Assembly (NCBI GenBank): GCA_963664195.1
Contig: OY760907.1
Location: 768,001 to 832,000, forward strand
DNA from: an uncultured candidate division Zixibacteria bacterium
GTDB lineage: Bacteria; Zixibacteria; MSB-5A5; GN15; FEB-12
Reading direction: 5' to 3'
Length of the DNA: 64,000 nt
This document shows, piece after piece, positions 58,494 to 64,000 of the stretch. Position numbers and translations under genes: made by a program. The notes under the pieces were generated by a model. The model was given only the letters and a program-made list of their open reading frames with translations. It was not told the origin of the DNA and searched no databases. Within the stretch, counting starts at the first letter, position 1. Every line of letters starts with the position of its first letter.

Positions 58494-59222
58494 ATGGAGA
58501 GCAGGCTGATGCCGGGTCTTCTTGCGAGAAACAGACAGAGAATTAACGAAGAACTCCGAAGTCCGCATGACCGTCGGTTTTTCACCGCCGCTTTCTACGG
58601 TGCCAATGAGACTACGGTCCCTGCCATAGAGAACTACGCTCGCGGCAAAATGATCGATGTCGGCTGCGGCGATTTGCCCTACAAGGAAATCATCGTCAAA
58701 CACGTCGACCAGTACGATACGTTCGACATTGAGAAGCGCGTACCCGAAGTGATGTTTGTCGGCGATATCCAGAATATGGAAGAGATCGCAGACGAATCCT
58801 ACGACTCTGCCCTCTGTCTCGAAGTTCTCGAACACGTGCCGCATCCGTTCGACGGTTTCTCAGAGTTGGGACGAATACTCAAAAAGGACGGCGTGCTTAT
58901 CATGTCCGTGCCGCATCTGAGCCGCCTGCACGAGGAACCGTGGGATTTCTATCGCTACACGAAGTATGCGCTCAAATCTATTCTTGAGGAACGCGGTTTC
59001 GAGATCGTCGAGATAAACTCACGAGGGGGCCTGTTCTCGTTTCTGGGACACCAGTTCTCGACCGTATTCGTGTGCCTTTTCTGGCATATTCCAGTAATCA
59101 AGCACGTAGTGTTTTTCCTTAATAAATGGCTATGCGTTAAACCGTGCCGCTGGTTGGATCGTCATTTGGATAAGAAGGGCATATTTGCCCTCGGCTATAC
59201 GGTGGTGGCGAGGAAGAAATAG
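58494..59222 (+). CDS. class I SAM-dependent methyltransferase (type often linked to glycans)
   Basis: IDVGCG, EVLEHVP and LHEEPWDFYRYT motifs; start uncertain (58494 or 58509). Confidence 0.88.
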   Translation: MESRLMPGLLARNRQRINEELRSPHDRRFFTAAFYGANETTVPAIENYARGKMIDVGCGDLPYKEIIVKHVDQYDTFDIEKRVPEVMFVGDIQNMEEIADESYDSALCLEVLEHVPHPFDGFSELGRILKKDGVLIMSVPHLSRLHEEPWDFYRYTKYALKSILEERGFEIVEINSRGGLFSFLGHQFSTVFVCLFWHIPVIKHVVFFLNKWLCVKPCRWLDRHLDKKGIFALGYTVVARKK

Positions 59223-59237
59223 ATCACGCGGGCTGGC

Positions 59238-60026
59238 TCAGTCGCGCGGCTTCTTCGCTTTTATCGACAACATCAACGGGAATTTCGACGGGCCGTCAGG
59301 CGGCCACCAGTAATGCTCCTCATCCTCAACCCAGTCCGGTTTCGTCCGGTAGTAACCGTGGGGATACTCCCCCAACTCCTCAATAACCAACCCCGCCTTG
59401 ATCAGGGCATTTACGATCTCAAACACCGGATGCTGCCATTCAACATGTTCGCCGTCGATATGTGTTTCTGTCTCGCAGTAGTCAGTCGGATTGACCGTCC
59501 GCTCCGGCTCCTTGTCGAAGTACCCCAGCGGCGGCCAGAGATACATCACATTGCCCGGATGCTCATCGATAATGAAGAACGTCCCGCCCGGTTTGAGGTA
59601 GTGTGCCACGACCTCCGCCCATTTGAAGATGTCTGAGATCCAGCAATGTGTCCCGTAGGATTGGAACACGTAATCGAATTTCTTGTCAATAACACCAATT
59701 AGATCAAGTACGTCGGATCGAACGAACTCGGCTCTGAGGCCGGTCTTGTCCCGAAGTTCGTTGGCGACTTCAATTGACCGCTCGGAGATGTCGGCGCCCA
59801 TGACTTCGGCACCCTGACGCTCCCATGAAAGCGTGTCCAAACCAAACTGGCACATCAGGTGAAGAAGGCTCTTCCCTTTCACCTCGCCAAGCGCTTCAAG
59901 CTCGATTCGTTTTAGCGACGAGCCACCCGCCAGAACATGTTCAGTAAGATACTCGGGGTGGTTGATGTGGAGATCAACCATTTCGTTCCAAGCCTTGCGG
60001 TTTTTCTCGTGATCCGGATTTGGCAC
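59238..60026 (-). CDS. class I SAM-dependent methyltransferase
   Basis: NRKAWN, LLHLMCQFGLDTLSW and LKPGG-F-DEHP motifs; GTG start overlaps the lptG stop. Confidence 0.9.
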   Translation of the reverse strand: MPNPDHEKNRKAWNEMVDLHINHPEYLTEHVLAGGSSLKRIELEALGEVKGKSLLHLMCQFGLDTLSWERQGAEVMGADISERSIEVANELRDKTGLRAEFVRSDVLDLIGVIDKKFDYVFQSYGTHCWISDIFKWAEVVAHYLKPGGTFFIIDEHPGNVMYLWPPLGYFDKEPERTVNPTDYCETETHIDGEHVEWQHPVFEIVNALIKAGLVIEELGEYPHGYYRTKPDWVEDEEHYWWPPDGPSKFPLMLSIKAKKPRD

Positions 60027-61108
60027 TACTTCCTCGCTCTCAACATGAGTACGGCACCAACAATGAAGAAAAGGCCGTTTACTCCCCACGCCGCTATGTC
60101 TTCGGGCAGTTTGCCGTTGTACCCTGATGATTGGAAGACCCTGAACAAGACGAAAAATACCACGGCAATCAGCGTCCCCATTGCAAATGAAATCGCGATT
60201 CCTCCCTTGCGAGGATTGCTGGCATACGGTACGCAAATCAGCACGACAATCACCGAGCCCAGGGGAAACGAGTATTTCAGCTTAAGGTCTACCGATTCCC
60301 GCACGTGCGGTCCGCCGGTCCGCTTCATCAGATCGATATAATCCTCCAGTTCCTGAAGACTCATATCCTCCGGCTTGCCAATCCTCTTGGCCAGGTTTTC
60401 CGGCTTATCCTGAATATCCGCAACCACAAGCGTGTCAAATCGATAGAACCCCTGACGTTCACCGTCAACAAAATGTCTCCGGATGCCGTCGACAGCCCGC
60501 CAGTTGTACTCGTGGTAGATGACTTTCGTGGCGGTGACTATCTCCGTCAGTTCATTGCCCTCGGTCCGGTAGAGTTTGAAATTGTCCCCCTGCGCCCGGT
60601 CAACATCGAAACTCGCCATAGTATAGAAACTACCGGGACTTATCTGGCGATAGACATCGCGCACTTTGCGGTGGGCGGCACGCGACCGTCGTTCGATGAT
60701 GAAGTTCTTCATCTCCACTCGCTTCTGATTGGCGGGCGGATAGATATGCTCGTTGTAGTAGAAGTGTCCGGCAGCAATAAGCAAGGTCACGACCATAAGT
60801 GGCGCGGCGATACGATATAACGAGCGGCCGGACGCTTTCATTGCCAGAATTTCCTGCCGACGAGCCAGCATCGAGATAGAAAACAGCACCGCCAACAGAA
60901 CAAACATCGGCATGAACGACTTGACGATCCATCCGGCGAAATATACGTAGTATTCGAGCACTTTGAAGATAGGAACATCGTGGTCGATGAAATCATGAAG
61001 TTCCGAAACCATATTGAGAACCACAATCGTCAGACCTATCGCCACAATGACGACAAACAGACTGACAAAGAAATGCCGCAGTATGTACCGATCGAGCTTC
61101 TTGATCAT
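60026..61108 (-). CDS. lptG: LPS export ABC permease LptG
   Basis: LDRYIL, EILAMKASGRS, PEDMSLQEL and KYSFP motifs; second of a LptF/G pair. Confidence 0.88.
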   Translation of the reverse strand: MIKKLDRYILRHFFVSLFVVIVAIGLTIVVLNMVSELHDFIDHDVPIFKVLEYYVYFAGWIVKSFMPMFVLLAVLFSISMLARRQEILAMKASGRSLYRIAAPLMVVTLLIAAGHFYYNEHIYPPANQKRVEMKNFIIERRSRAAHRKVRDVYRQISPGSFYTMASFDVDRAQGDNFKLYRTEGNELTEIVTATKVIYHEYNWRAVDGIRRHFVDGERQGFYRFDTLVVADIQDKPENLAKRIGKPEDMSLQELEDYIDLMKRTGGPHVRESVDLKLKYSFPLGSVIVVLICVPYASNPRKGGIAISFAMGTLIAVVFFVLFRVFQSSGYNGKLPEDIAAWGVNGLFFIVGAVLMLRARK

Positions 61109-61118
61109 CGTCCACCTG

Positions 61119-62444
61119 TCATCTCTGCCGCCTGAACCAGCCAAAAATCGGCTTCTCGGTGATCACGAGGTAGTTCAAATACAGTCCCACAGACCCGATG
61201 AGGATGTTGGCGCTCCACATCGCCCAGAACGGTGACACAATTCCCCGATCAGCAATATCTTCTCCTCCGATCAAGAATGCCCAGTAGATCATGAACATCA
61301 CCATCGCGATCCCAACGGCAACTCCCATCCCTCCGCGTCTGGCCATTATGCCCAGAGGGGCACCGACGAGAATGAAGGCCAGTGTGGCAGCCGGAATAGA
61401 GTATTTCTTTTGTATCTCTATGTCGTACTTGGCCATGATCCGATTCTGAGCGTCAATCTGGGAGAAGTTGCGCTCGACATGGCGAAGCATCACAGCGGCC
61501 TCGCTCTCAACATGACTCAGGGCAGTCCATTCGCCGGCAGTATCCGGTATCCTGGATACGAAACTGTCCGCGAACAAATGATCAAAGCGTTCGTTGAGAA
61601 ACACATTGATATTCTTCCGGAGCGGCTCGGCCGAGGTTTGCGCTCGATCGACATTGGCACGCATCTGGTCTATATCCATCTCGCGATCAGTCCGATACTC
61701 GGAGTCTGAGCGCACCAGTTCCGACCCGGTCCCCGAGACATTGATCGTGTGATGTTCGAAGTCCATCTTGCGGTAGTTGTCCGGCTCGGCTATATCGAGC
61801 GTGTGAATCTCGCCGTCGTTGAGAAGAAACCGCAGGTTCATTCCGCCATCGGTAACCTCAAGATACCCGTTGGCCGCAATAATAAGCTGTGGGCGGTTGG
61901 GGTCGCGGCGGTCGGTGATGCGCACTCCTTCGACGAACGAAGTAGCATGATCGATCTTGTCGATCAATACGAGGTAGCCGGGTATGTCGGTCACAAAAAT
62001 ACCGGACTGAAACACAAGTGTCGGACGCATCGATTGAATATCTCCGAGCAGCATGCGGGCTTTCTTGTTCAAATCGGGTAATATCTTGTCGTTGAATTGC
62101 ACCATGCCGTAGGTGACGACCGATCCCGCCAGCAAAAGCGGCAGAAGAACGTTCACCATGTTGATGCCGGAGGCCTTGACGGCGGTGATTTCAAAGTCGG
62201 CACTGAGTCGTCCAAACGCCATCAGAGTGGCCACAAGGATGGACATCGGTACCGAAAGCGCCAGCATCCAGGCCAGGTTGAGACCGAGTAATTCAAAAAC
62301 GATCAGCGGATCGATATCCTTGTCGATCACACGGTCTATTAACTTGGGTACCAGATCAATCACGAGGAGAAACGTGATCGTCAGGAATGAGAAAAAGAAC
62401 GGAGCAATATGCTCCTTGAGAATGTACCTTGTTAAAATCTTCAT
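61119..62444 (-). CDS. lptF: LPS export ABC permease LptF
   Basis: ILTRYILKE, AFGRLSADFEITAVKASG, KKYSIP and GAPLG motifs. Confidence 0.88.
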   Translation of the reverse strand: MKILTRYILKEHIAPFFFSFLTITFLLVIDLVPKLIDRVIDKDIDPLIVFELLGLNLAWMLALSVPMSILVATLMAFGRLSADFEITAVKASGINMVNVLLPLLLAGSVVTYGMVQFNDKILPDLNKKARMLLGDIQSMRPTLVFQSGIFVTDIPGYLVLIDKIDHATSFVEGVRITDRRDPNRPQLIIAANGYLEVTDGGMNLRFLLNDGEIHTLDIAEPDNYRKMDFEHHTINVSGTGSELVRSDSEYRTDREMDIDQMRANVDRAQTSAEPLRKNINVFLNERFDHLFADSFVSRIPDTAGEWTALSHVESEAAVMLRHVERNFSQIDAQNRIMAKYDIEIQKKYSIPAATLAFILVGAPLGIMARRGGMGVAVGIAMVMFMIYWAFLIGGEDIADRGIVSPFWAMWSANILIGSVGLYLNYLVITEKPIFGWFRRQR

Positions 62445-62549
62445 AGAAACAGACCAATATATGCCTTATACTAAGGTCGACCAATATTTTATTCACGGGG
62501 GATGATTTTGTCTGGCCGTGATTTCGGAATTCGATTAGTATGGTGAATC

Positions 62550-63506
62550 ATGGAAAGCAAAAGAATCGTAGATTTTGTCGTTGAGGACCGTATCGAGGGC
62601 TATTTCGCGGTCCGTCGCAAAGATGTCCGCGAATACACGCGCGGTCACTATGTCTCGCTGGAAATCGGCGACTGCTCCGGACGCGTGCAGGCTGTCATGT
62701 GGGAACCGGACCATTTCGCCCTGGAAGAACTGGCCGAAGGGATGGTTGTCAAAATCAGGGGCACGGTCGGCGAATACCGCAACAAACTACAGCTCACAGT
62801 AGGCAAACTGCGGTTGGCGCTCGACGACGAGTACGGTCTTGAAGACATCCTCCCCCATTCAGAGCAGTCGTACGATCACCGGAAAACCCGCCTGACCGTG
62901 CTCCGGGACAAAATCAAGAACGGCTATATTCAGTCGCTGACCGACAGTTTCCTCGACGACGAAGTGTTTCTCGACAGCTACCTCAAAGCCGCCGCCGGTA
63001 AACTCTGGCACCATGCCACTATCGGCGGGCTTTCGGAACACTCGGCCAATGTCGCAGAGTTGGCCCTTAGAGTGGCACAGGGGTATGACTTCGTCGATAC
63101 GGACTACCTGATCTTCGGGGGAATATTCCATGACGCCGGCAAGATCGACACCTACAACACCGAAAGCGTGATTGACTACACCGACGAGGGCCGCCTCATA
63201 GGGCATATTTGCCTCGCAGACCATTGGATTTGTGAACGAGCCAAACGAATCGACAGCTTCCCGGATCGCCTGCTGATGAAGCTCCGGCACATGGTCCTGT
63301 CGCATCAGGGCGAACTTGAATATGCCACCCCGGTCGTGCCTCAGATGCCGGAAGCGTTCATATTGTATTTCTGCGATGAAATCGACTCCAAAATGGGCGC
63401 TATCGACCGTATACGCAAACGCCAGGGAGGCAAAGGCTGGTCGGAGTACGTCAAAATGCTGAACCGGTTCCTGTACTTTGGCGACCATGAGGAGCCAAAC
63501 GTGTGA
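62550..63506 (+). CDS. OB-fold HD-domain 3'-5' exoribonuclease (YhaM/Cbf1 family)
   Basis: OB fold; HHATIGGLSEH, FHDAGK, GRLIGH, SHQG and DEIDSK motifs. Confidence 0.92.
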   Translation: MESKRIVDFVVEDRIEGYFAVRRKDVREYTRGHYVSLEIGDCSGRVQAVMWEPDHFALEELAEGMVVKIRGTVGEYRNKLQLTVGKLRLALDDEYGLEDILPHSEQSYDHRKTRLTVLRDKIKNGYIQSLTDSFLDDEVFLDSYLKAAAGKLWHHATIGGLSEHSANVAELALRVAQGYDFVDTDYLIFGGIFHDAGKIDTYNTESVIDYTDEGRLIGHICLADHWICERAKRIDSFPDRLLMKLRHMVLSHQGELEYATPVVPQMPEAFILYFCDEIDSKMGAIDRIRKRQGGKGWSEYVKMLNRFLYFGDHEEPNV

Positions 63507-64000
63507 GTGACTCCACTCCAATCCTCCAAGCCCACAATCTCACCCGTGAAATCGAAACCGAGTCCGGGCGGCTGACAACGGTGGACGACTTTACGTTCGA
63601 TTTTGAGCGAGGCAGGATTTACACAATCCTGGGACCCTCGGGTGCCGGAAAAAGCTCGCTGCTTCGACTGTTGAACCGCCTGGATGAACCCACGTCCGGT
63701 CGAATCCTCTTTGACGGTGACGACCAGAAGGGCATCAGTCCTTGTTGTCTCAGGAAATCCATCGGCTACCTCTTCCAAACGCCGCACCTTTTCCCTGAGA
63801 CTGTGGCAGATAACCTCCGTTTCGCAAACGACAAGATAGAATCCGACGCGATTGACGAATTACTGGCGTTGGCGTCGATCAAACCGGAAATACGGGATAA
63901 GAAAGTCGACGGTCTCTCGGTCGGCGAAAGGCAGCGTGTGACACTGGCGAGACTGCTGGCAACCGATCCGAAAGTCATCCTCCTCGACGAACCGACCTCG
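63503..64000 (+). CDS. ABC transporter ATP-binding protein (FetA/YbbL-like), truncated by the window end
   Basis: translated by hand from GTG 63503: GPSGAGKS, LSVGERQR and LLDEPTS; not in the supplied ORF track. Confidence 0.9.
   Translation, partial: MSDSTPILQAHNLTREIETESGRLTTVDDFTFDFERGRIYTILGPSGAGKSSLLRLLNRLDEPTSGRILFDGDDQKGISPCCLRKSIGYLFQTPHLFPETVADNLRFANDKIESDAIDELLALASIKPEIRDKKVDGLSVGERQRVTLARLLATDPKVILLDEPTS

Overview
A 64 kb segment of a bacterial chromosome with roughly 55% GC (estimated by eye) and standard genetic code 11. The organism is a diderm (LptF/LptG, beta-barrel proteins, lipoproteins). The gene content and style suggest a deep-branching lineage such as candidate Zixibacteria or another FCB-like group, but this is an inference only. 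Housekeeping genes include asnS, tmk, obgE, dprA, ptsH/ptsI, pgi/pmi, metK, ahcY, slyD, lptFG, murQ and a YhaM-like nuclease. Points of interest: (1) an uncharacterised four-gene membrane module (50.1-53.1 kb, DUF6754-like) that looks like two pairs of paralogues with inverted topology, i.e. a candidate new transporter; (2) a serine palmitoyltransferase plus GNAT ceramide-synthase-like pair, and separately an ino1/TetR/PfkB/CDP-alcohol transferase cluster, which together suggest (inositol) sphingolipid synthesis; (3) an ECF sigma and zinc anti-sigma next to an MMPL-LolA-like-porin-DUF2892 operon with a shared promoter-like motif; (4) two orphan sRNA candidates with matching ECF-type promoters and anti-Shine-Dalgarno-like terminator loops; (5) a double-CZB chemoreceptor split by an in-frame TGA; (6) a 151-bp MITE with a 4-bp target duplication and several families of GTAG/GTGG REP/REPIN palindromes. 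No rRNA, tRNA, CRISPR array, transposase or prophage was seen. All product calls come from motif recognition by eye; no database searches were run.
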